Assembly: GCA_018335675.1 (NCBI GenBank) | Contig: JAGXRQ010000095.1 | Coordinates: forward strand, 16,046-80,045 | Direction of reading: 5' to 3' | Origin: Bacteroidota bacterium | Lineage (GTDB): Bacteria; Bacteroidota; Bacteroidia; Bacteroidales; UBA7960 | Length of the DNA: 64,000 nucleotides | In this document: positions 1 through 9,824 of the stretch, one piece after another | How positions within the stretch are numbered: position 1 is the stretch's first letter | Layout of the letters: each line of letters starts with the position of its first letter | Position numbers and translations under genes: made by a program | Notes under the pieces: generated by a model | What the model was told of the DNA's origin: nothing | Database searches by the model: none | Seen by the model: the letters and a program-made list of their open reading frames with translations, nothing else

Positions 1-210
1 TATTCTATTTTGCAAGTCAAATATTCTTCTATCTGTATCCGGATGAGCTTTTGCGGTAGAAATTAATGAGTCATATTCCAGAACAAGCTTTTGCCTGTCA
101 TTCATTAATCCCTCCAACGAATTGGCTTGCAATGACAAAGTTTGCGCAATAAATAATAAAACCATTATGCATAATAGTTTTATCCTTGCTACGTTTCTTA
201 AAAAGACCAT
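1..210 (-). CDS. hypothetical secreted protein, N-terminal fragment (gene continues beyond window start)
   Basis: Absent from the ORF track because it runs off the window. The reverse strand reads ATG (210-208) MVFLRNVARIKLLCIMVLLFIAQTLSLQANSLEGLMNDRQ... and stays open to position 1 (70 codons). The N-terminus is hydrophobic and signal-like. No family recognised. Confidence 0.3.
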   Translation of the reverse strand, partial: MVFLRNVARIKLLCIMVLLFIAQTLSLQANSLEGLMNDRQKLVLEYDSLISTAKAHPDTDRRIFDLQNRI

Positions 211-409
211 AATAATTGTTTTTGAGTGTGATGTAATAATTCAATAATAGAGTCGTTAAAAATATAAAATTATCACTTACAAAGACATCTTTTAATCCGA
301 AATTTGAAAAAACATTTCATTCCTAAAACTTTTTATTTAAAGTAATTCTAAAAAACAAATAAACGATGATAAAATGACTCAAAAAATTTGATAATTTGCT
401 AAAAAACAT

Positions 410-417
410 TACATTTG
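410..417 (+). promoter_or_regulatory. candidate Bacteroidota -7 promoter element (TAnnTTTG)
   Basis: TACATTTG lies 33 nt upstream of the ATG at 450. Confidence 0.4.
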
Positions 418-449
418 TCGTTTGTAAATAACCTTAAAACCTAAAAATT

Positions 450-1568
450 ATGAAAACAAAAATGAAATTTTTATTGCTGTTTAGTCTTGCTGCAATTATA
501 GGATTTTATTCATGTAGCAAAGATGAAGATACTGTGCTTCCTGCAGATGAGGCAAAAGCTGAAGTTACAAATGCAGTGAATGATATGAAAGGAACTGTCC
601 AAGATGTCATGAATGCTCAAGCTATGCAAGCCGGAATATTTATGATGAGCCTTGAACCTGACTTCGGAAAAAGCCTTGTTTCTCATTATGCATTTGTAAA
701 TCCGAAAGATTTAGTAATGTTTATGAGCAATCCTTCAAAAAACAAATTGTTCAAACCATCATATTATGCAAAGCATGACATATTCCCAACAGGTACATAT
801 GAGTATAACTTCACAACTAATGTATTTGATCAAACTGACCAACATGATCTTTTAGTTATCTATTTCCCTTCAGATCAAGCCGCTTTTGATGCAAATACTA
901 ATGATGCTGAGTTAGCAATTACTACATTCTCATATCAAACATACAATTTGTATGACTCTTGGGATCAAACTTATTATGAAGTTGAAGTCCCAACTAGATT
1001 AGTTGCTTATATCAAAGTTGATAACGTTTCTGTATTTACTGTTGATTATACAGCAAGTTTCCAACTATCAACCAACAATGAAGAAATTGTTCCTAAATCA
1101 TTGGCAGTTACTGTAACTGTTAATCCTTACACATTCACAATGAATTATTCGGGCAATAATGAGGAATATACAACCTCAATGTCGTTTAGTCAAGGTAACG
1201 ATGTAATTGCAGAATATAATGTTACAGTTAAATTAACAAGTGATTTGTGGGATGAAGCACCTGAAAAAATCAGCGGACATATTCAATTCACTCCTTTAAA
1301 ATTAAAAGGTTTTATAAATATGTTTGCAGTAGAACAAGCTGCAAACCAAACACCTGCTAATGTTGCTCTTATGAATGAAAATATCAGTGTAACATTAATC
1401 CACGTAGATATTAACAGAACACTTGGTTCAGTTGAAGCAAGAGCGTTTGTTACAGATTGGGGTGAAAGTATTGAACCTGTTCTTGTTTATGACGACGGAA
1501 CATGGCAAAAACTTGAAACTATTTTTCAACCTCTTGTAAATGAATTTGATGATCTTTTTTCAAAATAA
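450..1568 (+). CDS. hypothetical lipoprotein
   Basis: 372-aa ORF. The signal peptide ends in a lipobox-like FYSC followed by SKDED. No recognisable catalytic motifs. A terminator hairpin follows. Confidence 0.6.
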   Translation: MKTKMKFLLLFSLAAIIGFYSCSKDEDTVLPADEAKAEVTNAVNDMKGTVQDVMNAQAMQAGIFMMSLEPDFGKSLVSHYAFVNPKDLVMFMSNPSKNKLFKPSYYAKHDIFPTGTYEYNFTTNVFDQTDQHDLLVIYFPSDQAAFDANTNDAELAITTFSYQTYNLYDSWDQTYYEVEVPTRLVAYIKVDNVSVFTVDYTASFQLSTNNEEIVPKSLAVTVTVNPYTFTMNYSGNNEEYTTSMSFSQGNDVIAEYNVTVKLTSDLWDEAPEKISGHIQFTPLKLKGFINMFAVEQAANQTPANVALMNENISVTLIHVDINRTLGSVEARAFVTDWGESIEPVLVYDDGTWQKLETIFQPLVNEFDDLFSK

Positions 1569-1590
1569 AATATTACTGAATTGATAAAAA

Positions 1591-1620
1591 GGCTGTAGGA
1601 ATTCCTGCAGCCTTTTTATT
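1591..1620 (+). terminator. rho-independent terminator
   Basis: GGCTGTAGG-AATT-CCTGCAGCC hairpin followed by TTTTTATTTT, 22 nt after the stop codon. Confidence 0.6.
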
Positions 1621-1668
1621 TTGTGTAAGGTTGAACTATTTTTAAAGCCTTTAATAAAATTACTTTGC

Positions 1669-1676
1669 TAATTTTG
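1669..1676 (+). promoter_or_regulatory. candidate -7 promoter element (TAnnTTTG)
   Basis: TAATTTTG lies 16 nt upstream of the ATG at 1692. This argues that the TTG at 1665 used by the ORF track is not the real start. Confidence 0.4.
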
Positions 1677-1691
1677 TCAAAAAAAAAGAAC

Positions 1692-3056
1692 ATGGATAAT
1701 CTTGAAATAAATGCTATTTCACCTATCGACGGCAGATATTATAATAACACAAAAAAACTTAGAGAATTCTTTTCAGAAGCCGCATTGATTAAGTATAGGG
1801 TTTATGTTGAAATAGAATACTTTATTGCATTGTATCAATTACCAATTGAGGAGTTAAACAAACTTTCCGAAGAAAAAATTAATCAAATCAAACTCATTTA
1901 CCAAGATTTTAAACTTAAAGATGCTGCAAGGGTTAAAGAGATTGAAAAAACAACAAACCACGATATTAAAGCAGTTGAATATTTCATCAAAGAGAAATTT
2001 GAAGAAATAGGATTATCAGATTTTAAAGAGTTTATCCACTTTGGTCTTACATCTCAGGATATTAATAATACTGCCTTCCCATTAATGCTAAAAGAAGCAT
2101 TGTATGTTGAATTAATACCTGCTATTGAGAAAGTAATGGATAAGCTTGAAAGTATGTCTGAAGAATATAAAAATCAGGCTTTGCTTGCCTTTACTCACGG
2201 ACAACCGGCGTCTCCAACTGCACTTGGCAAAGAGCTTTATGTATTTTTAAATCGATTAGACACTCAAATAAATCATTTAAAAAGCTTGCCTTTCCCCGCT
2301 AAATTTGGTGGAGCCACAGGCAATCTGAATGCTCATTTGGTAGCATATCCTGAAATAAATTGGATAAAGTTTGCAAATAATTTTGTTGAAAATAATCTTG
2401 GGCTTAAACGTTCTAAAGTAACTACCCAAATTGAACATTATGACAACATCGCTTCAATCTTTGATTGTCTAAAACGAATTTGCACAATAATTATTGACCT
2501 TGACAGAGATATGTGGACTTACATTTCCAAAGAGTATTTTAAGCAAAAGATAAAGGAAAATGAAGTTGGGTCATCTGCTATGCCACACAAAGTAAATCCT
2601 ATTGATTTTGAAAACTCCGAAGGTAATTTGGGAATTGCAATTGCAATTTTCGAGCATCTTTCTGCCAAGTTGCCAATATCTAGATTACAAAGAGATCTTA
2701 CAGACTCTACAGTACTAAGAAATATTGGAGTTCCAATGGCACATATGTTGATTTCTTTACAAGCTACAATTAAGGGATTAGAAAAAGTTATTCTTAATAA
2801 AGCCGCTATTGATAAAGATCTTGATGCAAATCCAATGGTTATTGCCGAAGCTATTCAAACAATTCTTAGGAAACTTAACTATCCAAAACCTTATGAAACG
2901 CTTAAAGAATTGACAAGGACTAATGAAGCTATTACATTACAGCATCTTTATACATTCATTGATTCGCTTGATATTCCTGAGAATTACAAAGCTCAACTAA
3001 AAAGTTTAACACCTTCTAATTATACAGGGTATAACCTTGATGCTTTAATTAAATAA
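1692..3056 (+). CDS. purB: adenylosuccinate lyase
   Basis: MDNLEINAISPIDGRYY N-terminus, the fumarate-lyase signature GSSAMPHKVNP and a TSQDINNTA motif. Start moved to the ATG at 1692, giving 454 aa. Confidence 0.93.
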   Translation: MDNLEINAISPIDGRYYNNTKKLREFFSEAALIKYRVYVEIEYFIALYQLPIEELNKLSEEKINQIKLIYQDFKLKDAARVKEIEKTTNHDIKAVEYFIKEKFEEIGLSDFKEFIHFGLTSQDINNTAFPLMLKEALYVELIPAIEKVMDKLESMSEEYKNQALLAFTHGQPASPTALGKELYVFLNRLDTQINHLKSLPFPAKFGGATGNLNAHLVAYPEINWIKFANNFVENNLGLKRSKVTTQIEHYDNIASIFDCLKRICTIIIDLDRDMWTYISKEYFKQKIKENEVGSSAMPHKVNPIDFENSEGNLGIAIAIFEHLSAKLPISRLQRDLTDSTVLRNIGVPMAHMLISLQATIKGLEKVILNKAAIDKDLDANPMVIAEAIQTILRKLNYPKPYETLKELTRTNEAITLQHLYTFIDSLDIPENYKAQLKSLTPSNYTGYNLDALIK

Positions 3057-3078
3057 AATTCTGAACTTCTATTATTAA

Positions 3079-4899
3079 ATGAAAAATATCTGGAAAATTG
3101 CCAAATACATCTATCCTTATAAAAAGAAGGTTTGGCTGCACGTATTGTATACTTTTGCCGGAGTTTCCTTTTCTCTTTTCTCAATTGGAATGCTAATCCC
3201 ATTTTTAGGAATACTCTTTGGAACTCAATCATACGTAAACGAACCTGTTGAGCTCTCATTAAGTATTGATTCTTTAAAACATTATTTCAACTATAATATC
3301 AGCCTGATGATTAATCAGTTTGGTAAGATAAACACTTTACTCATACTCAGTGCAGTTATGATGATTGGAAGTTTTATAAAAAATGGGTTTCTATACCTAG
3401 CAATGTACTATTTAGCTCCAATAAGAAACGGCGTTGTTCAGGATATTCGTAATACTCTTTATCAGAAAACCCTGGAATTGCCAATGTCATATTACTCAAA
3501 TGAAAGAAAAGGAGACCTGATATCACGTATGACAAATGATGTACATCAGATTGAATGGAGCATCATTAGTTCACTTGAAATGCTATTCCGTGAGCCAATA
3601 ACAATAATTGTTTACATTGCAAGTTTATTGGTGATTAGTCCGCAACTTACACTTTTTGTTGTTATCCTCTTGCCATTCAGTGGATTTATTATTGGAAGAA
3701 TTGGAAAATCCTTGAGAAAAACATCATCTGTTGGTCAGAAAAAGCTTGGAACAATTATTTCCATGATGGAAGAAACACTTACCGGACTAAGAATAATTAA
3801 GGCTTTCAATGCAGAAGCAAAAACAACCAAGAAGTTCAGCACACTAAACCAAGATTATACAAATATTATGAATAAAATCTACCGAAGAAACTACCTCGCT
3901 AGGCCTTTGGTGGAGTTTTTGGGAACATTGGTTGTAGTATTAATTATGATTTATGGCACCTATATGGTTCTACGTACCGGAAGCTCATTATCATCTCAAG
4001 CATTTATCGGATATTTATTAATATTTTCTCAAATATTAAATCCGGCAAAATCATTCTCAACAGCTTATTATAACATTCAAAGAGGACTTGCTTCGGCCGA
4101 CAGAACAGAGGAAATTTTATCAGCAGAAAACAAGATAGTTGAAATGCCTGATGCAAATCAAATTAATGAGTTTAATGATTCTATTGAATTTAAAAACGTT
4201 TCTTTCAGATATGAAAAACAATTTGTTCTTCAAGATATTAATCTTAAAATAAACAAGGGCAAAACTATTGCTTTAGTTGGTCCCTCTGGAGCCGGAAAAT
4301 CCACTATGGTTGACCTTATCCCGAGATTATACGAAGTATCAGAAGGGGAAATATTGATTGACGGAACCGATATTCGCAAACTGAAAATTAAAGATTTACG
4401 TGCATTAATGGGCAATGTAAATCAGGATGCAATTTTATTTAATGATTCTTTTTACAACAATATTGCTTTTGGGGATAGAGAAGTTTCTAATGAAGATGTA
4501 ATTAATGCTGCAAAAATAGCCAATGCACATGAATTTATAATTCGTACTGAGCAAGGCTATGATACAAATATTGGAGATATGGGAAATAAGTTAAGCGGAG
4601 GACAAAAACAAAGACTTGTAATTGCCAGAGCCGTGCTAAACAACCCTCCTGTTCTGATACTTGATGAAGCCACTTCTGCTTTAGATACCGAGAGTGAAAA
4701 ACAAGTTCAACAGGCACTATCTAATGTAATGAAAAACAGGACATCAATAGTTATTGCCCATAGGCTTTCAACAGTAGTGAATGCAGATTTAATATGCGTT
4801 GTAAACGATGGTAAGATAGTTGAGCAGGGAAAGCACGATGAATTGATTAAATTGCAAGGATTATATCATAGGCTTCACAACCTACAAATGTTTTCATAA
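3079..4899 (+). CDS. ABC transporter, fused permease/ATPase (MsbA / lipid A exporter-like)
   Basis: 606 aa. The N-terminal half has six hydrophobic segments. Walker A GPSGAGKST, ABC signature LSGGQKQR and Walker B LILDEATSALD are present. Confidence 0.9.
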   Translation: MKNIWKIAKYIYPYKKKVWLHVLYTFAGVSFSLFSIGMLIPFLGILFGTQSYVNEPVELSLSIDSLKHYFNYNISLMINQFGKINTLLILSAVMMIGSFIKNGFLYLAMYYLAPIRNGVVQDIRNTLYQKTLELPMSYYSNERKGDLISRMTNDVHQIEWSIISSLEMLFREPITIIVYIASLLVISPQLTLFVVILLPFSGFIIGRIGKSLRKTSSVGQKKLGTIISMMEETLTGLRIIKAFNAEAKTTKKFSTLNQDYTNIMNKIYRRNYLARPLVEFLGTLVVVLIMIYGTYMVLRTGSSLSSQAFIGYLLIFSQILNPAKSFSTAYYNIQRGLASADRTEEILSAENKIVEMPDANQINEFNDSIEFKNVSFRYEKQFVLQDINLKINKGKTIALVGPSGAGKSTMVDLIPRLYEVSEGEILIDGTDIRKLKIKDLRALMGNVNQDAILFNDSFYNNIAFGDREVSNEDVINAAKIANAHEFIIRTEQGYDTNIGDMGNKLSGGQKQRLVIARAVLNNPPVLILDEATSALDTESEKQVQQALSNVMKNRTSIVIAHRLSTVVNADLICVVNDGKIVEQGKHDELIKLQGLYHRLHNLQMFS

Positions 4900-4993
4900 A
4901 AAAAAACACAAAATCATATTTATAATTTCAATTATCATTATTTTTACAGCCGGTTTGAAAAATAAAATTTATTGAATAAACAATTTCTAAATT

Positions 4994-5587
4994 ATGGATT
5001 TAAGCAACATATTAGCTATAGCTGGAAAAAGTGGTCTTTTTAAGGTTATGTCGCAAACAAAAAACGGAGTTATTGTAGAATCTCTTGAAGATGGTAAAAA
5101 AATACCTGTATTTGCAAACAGCCGTTCGAGTGCACTTGAAGACATCAGTGTATTTACAGTAAGTGAAGATCTTCCTCTTAAGGAAGTATTTAAAAAGATT
5201 TTTGAAAAAGCTAATGGTGGAAAAGCCGTTGACTCCAAAGCCGACAAAAATGAAATGCTTAAATTCTTCGAAGAAGTTCTTCCTGAATTTGATAAAGAAA
5301 GAGTTTATGTATCTGACATAAAAAAGATATTATCGTGGTATAATCTTCTTCTTGAGAAAAACCTTATGGTTTTTGAAGAAGAAAAACCTGAGAAGAAAAC
5401 AAAGGCTAAAGCCAAAGCTGAAGGAGAAGTTTCCGAAGATAAAAAAGAGAAAGCTGCAAAGTCAGCACCAAAAAAGGAATCATTGACAAAGCAAAAATCA
5501 ACGGCACAAGGCTCAAAAACGTTAAAAGCACAGCCTGCAAAAGGAGGCAGCTCCAAAAATAAAGGAATTGGAATAAAACAAAAATAA
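4994..5587 (+). CDS. DUF5606-like protein with Lys/Ala-rich (histone H1-like) C-terminal tail
   Basis: The N-terminus LSNILAIAGKSGLFKVMSQTKNGVIVESLEDGKKIPV matches my memory of the Bacteroidota DUF5606 family. The last ~70 aa are KKTKAKAKAEGE...KNKGIGIKQK. Confidence 0.65.
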   Translation: MDLSNILAIAGKSGLFKVMSQTKNGVIVESLEDGKKIPVFANSRSSALEDISVFTVSEDLPLKEVFKKIFEKANGGKAVDSKADKNEMLKFFEEVLPEFDKERVYVSDIKKILSWYNLLLEKNLMVFEEEKPEKKTKAKAKAEGEVSEDKKEKAAKSAPKKESLTKQKSTAQGSKTLKAQPAKGGSSKNKGIGIKQK

Positions 5588-5593
5588 AAACTG

Positions 5594-5619
5594 AAGTCCG
5601 GCAACGGACTTTTTTTTTA
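5594..5619 (+). terminator. rho-independent terminator
   Basis: AAGTCCG-GCAA-CGGACTT hairpin followed by a T9 run. Confidence 0.65.
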
Positions 5620-5629
5620 AATATTAGCT

Positions 5630-6667
5630 ATGTATAAAATTATAATTAGGCCGCTCTTCTTTCTATTTTCTCCTGAGTTTATTCATCATTTCGTAAGTTT
5701 TTGCCTTAAGGCAATTTTTATAATACCCGGGCTAAAATCTCTTGCAAGAAAAACATTTGTCATTAAATCCAAAAACCTTGAAAGAGAGGTATTTGGATTA
5801 AAATTCCCTAATCCGGTTGGATTTGCTGCCGGATTTGATAAAAAAGCAGACCTATATAATCATTTATCAAACTTTGGATTTAGCCATATAGAGATAGGCA
5901 CCGTCACTCCCCTGCCCCAACCCGGAAATCCTAAACCAAGGCTTTTCAGACTAAAAAAGGATAAAGCATTAATAAACAGGATGGGCTTTAATAATCCAGG
6001 TCTCGAAAAATTCGTTAAAAACCTCAGAAAAAACAAACCTAACATTATTATTGGAGGCAATATTGGGAAAAACACATTAACGCCTAATGAAAAGGCAGTT
6101 GATGATTATTGCAAATGCTATGAATCACTGTATGATTTTGTTGACTATTTCGTTGTTAATGTAAGCTGTCCTAATATCACAGACTTAAAGAAACTTGCTG
6201 ATAAAGATTCTTTGCTGCAAATTCTTTCGGCAATACAAAACTTAAATTCACAAAAACTTAAACCACGTCCTCTGCTTTTGAAGATTTCCCCCGATCTGAA
6301 CGAATCTCAACTTGATGATACTTTGGAAGTTATAAGGGTTGCTAAATTTGATGGAATTATAGCAACAAATACGACAACAACAAGGAATAATTTACAAACA
6401 TCCAATGAAAAAGTTCAAAAAATTGGCAATGGCGGATTAAGTGGAAAACCATTATATGACAGGTCTAATCAAGTAATTTCTTATCTTCATAAAAAAACAA
6501 ACGGCAATTTGCCCATAATTGGTGTTGGCGGTATAAACTCGGCTGAAGATGCAATTAATAAGCTAAAGGCCGGAGCAACTCTTGTTCAGGTATATACAGG
6601 TTTTATCTACGACGGTCCTTTTCTCGCTAAACGTATTAATAAAAAAATACTCAGAGATTTGAGATAA
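5630..6667 (+). CDS. pyrD: dihydroorotate dehydrogenase (quinone), class 2
   Basis: 345 aa with GFDK, IEIGTVTP, NRMGFNN, VNVSCPN and GVGGI motifs, plus a hydrophobic N-terminal extension typical of the membrane-associated class 2 enzyme. Confidence 0.9.
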   Translation: MYKIIIRPLFFLFSPEFIHHFVSFCLKAIFIIPGLKSLARKTFVIKSKNLEREVFGLKFPNPVGFAAGFDKKADLYNHLSNFGFSHIEIGTVTPLPQPGNPKPRLFRLKKDKALINRMGFNNPGLEKFVKNLRKNKPNIIIGGNIGKNTLTPNEKAVDDYCKCYESLYDFVDYFVVNVSCPNITDLKKLADKDSLLQILSAIQNLNSQKLKPRPLLLKISPDLNESQLDDTLEVIRVAKFDGIIATNTTTTRNNLQTSNEKVQKIGNGGLSGKPLYDRSNQVISYLHKKTNGNLPIIGVGGINSAEDAINKLKAGATLVQVYTGFIYDGPFLAKRINKKILRDLR

Positions 6668-6758
6668 CAAAAAAACTACAACCGCCAAACTTATTTAACA
6701 TATTTTTGTTGACTCTATTGCAATAAATTTATAATTTTCAATTGCAATTTCATATTAT

Positions 6759-7997
6759 ATGAAGAGAGCCATAATATATGTTATAATATTTTTTTCTACC
6801 TTCATAAGTAGCATAAATTTATATTCCCAAAAAGATTCAGGATTTAGGTTTAACAATACTCGTAGAAGTAAAATAACCATACCAGTAAACGTTGCCCACA
6901 ATTTAGTAATAGTTCCGGTAAGCATTAACAATTCACCCCCATTTAACTTTCTACTAGACACCGGCGTAAAAACAACTTTATTGTCAGAGCCACTGATGCT
7001 AGGCTTCCTGAAAATCGACAGTAGCGAAGCAGTTATTGTTTTAGGATTGGGGAAAGACGGATATATAGTTGCTGAAAGGATTCCAAATGTGACGTTTAAA
7101 ATGGACGGACTTACAGGAAAAGAGATGAACCTAATTGTACTCCCTGAAGGCGTAGTATCTTTATCCGAGCATTTAGGATTTCCGGTATATGGGATACTTG
7201 GATATGATTTTTTTAAGGAATTTCCGGTTAGAATAAACTATGCTTCAAAAATTATTAGAGTTTATCAGAAATCAGATTATAAAGTACCTCGCAGAAAGAC
7301 AACAAGAGTTCCCCTTTACATTAAAAATTCAAAACCCTATATAAAAGCTGAAATTACAAGCTGGGATGGAAGAAAAGATACAGTTGAATTACTTTTTGAC
7401 TTAGGTGCAAGTAGTCCTCTAATACTTAACGAGCAGTATAAAGATTTTTCAGAGAAGCATATTGAAAGCTTTCTGGGAAAAGGATTGAGCGGAAAGATAA
7501 TTGGTAAAGAAGGAAGAATAAAATCTATAAAAATTGAAGACATAATTATTGAAAACCCACTTGTTTCATATCCAGAGGAAGACTTTCTGTTTCCACCTGA
7601 GGCAAATATTGACAGATGGGATGGTATATTGGGGGGTGCAATCTTAAAGAAGTTCCAGATTATTATAGATTATCCCGGAAATGTGCTATATCTAAAAAAG
7701 AATTACAGTTTTAAAGAACAATTATATCCAAACTTATCTGGAATAGAGATTGTAGCAGAAGGACTTGCCTATAATAAATTTAAAGTTGATTTTGTTAGAG
7801 TAGATTCTCCTGCTAATAAAGCAGATATTCGGGAAGGTGATTTTATAATAGCTATAAATGAGAGACCTACATTCTTTTATACTTTAGATGAAGTAGTTGG
7901 AGAATTAAATACAAGGCCTAATGATATAGTTACGTTGAAATTGCAAAGAGGAGATCAGATTCTCATCAAGAGAATAATTCTAAAGTCTGACATATAA
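6759..7997 (+). CDS. secreted retropepsin-like aspartyl protease (two lobes) with C-terminal PDZ domain
   Basis: Signal peptide present. The first lobe carries LLDTGVKTT and the second LFDLGASSP. The C-terminal ~85 aa (GIEIV...GDFIIAINE...) are PDZ-like. Confidence 0.6.
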   Translation: MKRAIIYVIIFFSTFISSINLYSQKDSGFRFNNTRRSKITIPVNVAHNLVIVPVSINNSPPFNFLLDTGVKTTLLSEPLMLGFLKIDSSEAVIVLGLGKDGYIVAERIPNVTFKMDGLTGKEMNLIVLPEGVVSLSEHLGFPVYGILGYDFFKEFPVRINYASKIIRVYQKSDYKVPRRKTTRVPLYIKNSKPYIKAEITSWDGRKDTVELLFDLGASSPLILNEQYKDFSEKHIESFLGKGLSGKIIGKEGRIKSIKIEDIIIENPLVSYPEEDFLFPPEANIDRWDGILGGAILKKFQIIIDYPGNVLYLKKNYSFKEQLYPNLSGIEIVAEGLAYNKFKVDFVRVDSPANKADIREGDFIIAINERPTFFYTLDEVVGELNTRPNDIVTLKLQRGDQILIKRIILKSDI

Positions 7998-9767
7998 CTA
8001 AGGCCAAAGAATATTAACTTCTTTAAGTTTGGCTTTTTCAACCCAATCTAATGGTATTATATTCCAGTTATTTCTGGGCTCAGGACTAATTTTATTAAGG
8101 CTTTTAATGTATTCTATCATTAATAATCTGAGTATAGTGTCATTAACATCAACAACCCTATCTCTAAGCTCATTTTGACTAATTCCGGCACCCTTTACCA
8201 TATGAAAACCACCTCCACTTCCACGATAACTATTTAAAGCCACCTTGTATCTCTTTTCCAGCAAAAATTCTTCTCCTGTTTCCATTTGATGAATTGTAAT
8301 TCTTTCTCCCTGGGGTTTAGATACATCAACGGTATATTTAATACCGGCTGCAGAATCAAAATTGTATATACGTTTTTGCAACATTGAAGTACCATTATAT
8401 CTGGAATCTGGATTTCCCAGTGAATCTAACCTATAATTCAGTAGTAAATCGTTTTCTTCTACCATATAATTAAACCAAAGGCCATAATTGTACTCCAGAA
8501 AATTCTTAATCTCATTGCCGGTAAGCTCCATTGTACAAAGGTAATTTTCAAAAGGATACCATTTAAACATATCTCTTACTCTAATATCGCCTGCTCTTAT
8601 GAAAAGGTCAGGATTTAATGGGGCAGCAAATGAAATATCGGCATCGGAAAAATGCAATTGTACTTGATGAATAAAGTCAACAGCCGATGAATTTCCAAAA
8701 AGAGATTCTTTAATACTGATATCTGTAGTTGTTGATCCAACTTTCTGTATGCTGTATTCAAATACCTCACTGATATCTTTCTCAAACCTATTTAGATAAT
8801 TAACACTTGGCGGGAGCCCAGCGATTTTATATACTTCTCCACGTTTAGCAGAAAGTTTAAATTTTCTTTTTGCTTCTCTATCAAAATCTAAATGTGCAAC
8901 AGCAACATTTTTACCGTGAGGTCCGGGACCAATTACAAGAACAGAATCCCCATTTTTGTTAATTACAAATTTGTTATGTTCAAGGTGGTCGTGACCGGTA
9001 AAAATGACATCAAAACCAGGAATATAATGAGCAATATATGCTGACAAATTATCAACTAATTTTTTATTAGGGTCTTTGGGGTCGAAATCTCCAAAGCCAC
9101 TATGAAACAACCCAATAATTGCATCAGGAGCTTCTTTTTCTTTAATATGAGCCACCCAGTATTCTGCAGCTTCAACCATATCTTGAATAACCAGGCCTTT
9201 ATAAAGCTTCTCAGGGATCCAGTATGTTAATGCTGGTGTTACCATTCCCAATACAGCTATTTTAACGCCGCTTCTATTTATTATTACATAAGGTGTAAAA
9301 TATGGCTCTCCTGTTTTTTCATCAATTATGTTGGCTCCGAGCCATGGAGCCTGCATTTGCTTTTTGATGTTGTTATAAACATCAGGCCCGGCCTCAATAT
9401 CGTGATTACCAACAGTGACAGCATCATATTTCATAAAATTCATAATCCGTGCAAATAAATTAACCTTGTTTTTGTCAATGTTATTCGCCCAGTAAGCAGT
9501 AGGTTGTCCTTGAATTAAATCACCATTATCTAGAAGTATAATTTTATTTTGATATTCACCTTTTACCGACTCCATTAGATACTGAACATTTGCAAGTCCA
9601 TATCCCAAAGGCATATTATTAATAAAATCATAAGGAAATACTGTAGCATGAATGTCGGATGTTACGACAATTTTTATATCAACTTTTTTTGCTATTAAAC
9701 TGACATTCAAAGCAATAGCAAGTAAAAGAAAAATCACAAAACTCTTTCTAATAAAACCTACGTTCAT
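7998..9767 (-). CDS. bifunctional metallophosphatase / 5'-nucleotidase family protein
   Basis: 589 aa with a signal peptide. Calcineurin-like motifs are present: SDIHA, GDLIQG, GNHDIE, HSG and GHDH. The C-terminal 5'-nucleotidase substrate domain is present. Confidence 0.8.
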   Translation of the reverse strand: MNVGFIRKSFVIFLLLAIALNVSLIAKKVDIKIVVTSDIHATVFPYDFINNMPLGYGLANVQYLMESVKGEYQNKIILLDNGDLIQGQPTAYWANNIDKNKVNLFARIMNFMKYDAVTVGNHDIEAGPDVYNNIKKQMQAPWLGANIIDEKTGEPYFTPYVIINRSGVKIAVLGMVTPALTYWIPEKLYKGLVIQDMVEAAEYWVAHIKEKEAPDAIIGLFHSGFGDFDPKDPNKKLVDNLSAYIAHYIPGFDVIFTGHDHLEHNKFVINKNGDSVLVIGPGPHGKNVAVAHLDFDREAKRKFKLSAKRGEVYKIAGLPPSVNYLNRFEKDISEVFEYSIQKVGSTTTDISIKESLFGNSSAVDFIHQVQLHFSDADISFAAPLNPDLFIRAGDIRVRDMFKWYPFENYLCTMELTGNEIKNFLEYNYGLWFNYMVEENDLLLNYRLDSLGNPDSRYNGTSMLQKRIYNFDSAAGIKYTVDVSKPQGERITIHQMETGEEFLLEKRYKVALNSYRGSGGGFHMVKGAGISQNELRDRVVDVNDTILRLLMIEYIKSLNKISPEPRNNWNIIPLDWVEKAKLKEVNILWP

Positions 9768-9788
9768 CGCAACAATATTATAGATATG

Positions 9789-9817
9789 AAAAAAAAGCGC
9801 CGTAATAACCGGCGCTT
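9789..9817 (-). terminator. rho-independent terminator of rpoD
   Basis: On the minus strand, AGCGCCG-GTTATTA-CGGCGCT is followed by a T7-8 run, 8 nt after the rpoD stop. Confidence 0.6.
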
Positions 9818-9824
9818 TTAAACT

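Noticed and set aside
1665-1691. TTG-initiated N-terminal extension of purB. Similar track extensions occur at 14383-14409 (GNAT), 14900-14962 (mltG), 18367-18510 (MNT) and 27262-27285 (amidase).
   Set aside because: The extensions lack homology-like sequence. They overlap upstream genes or contain the TAnnTTTG promoter motif. Internal ATGs give N-termini typical of each family.
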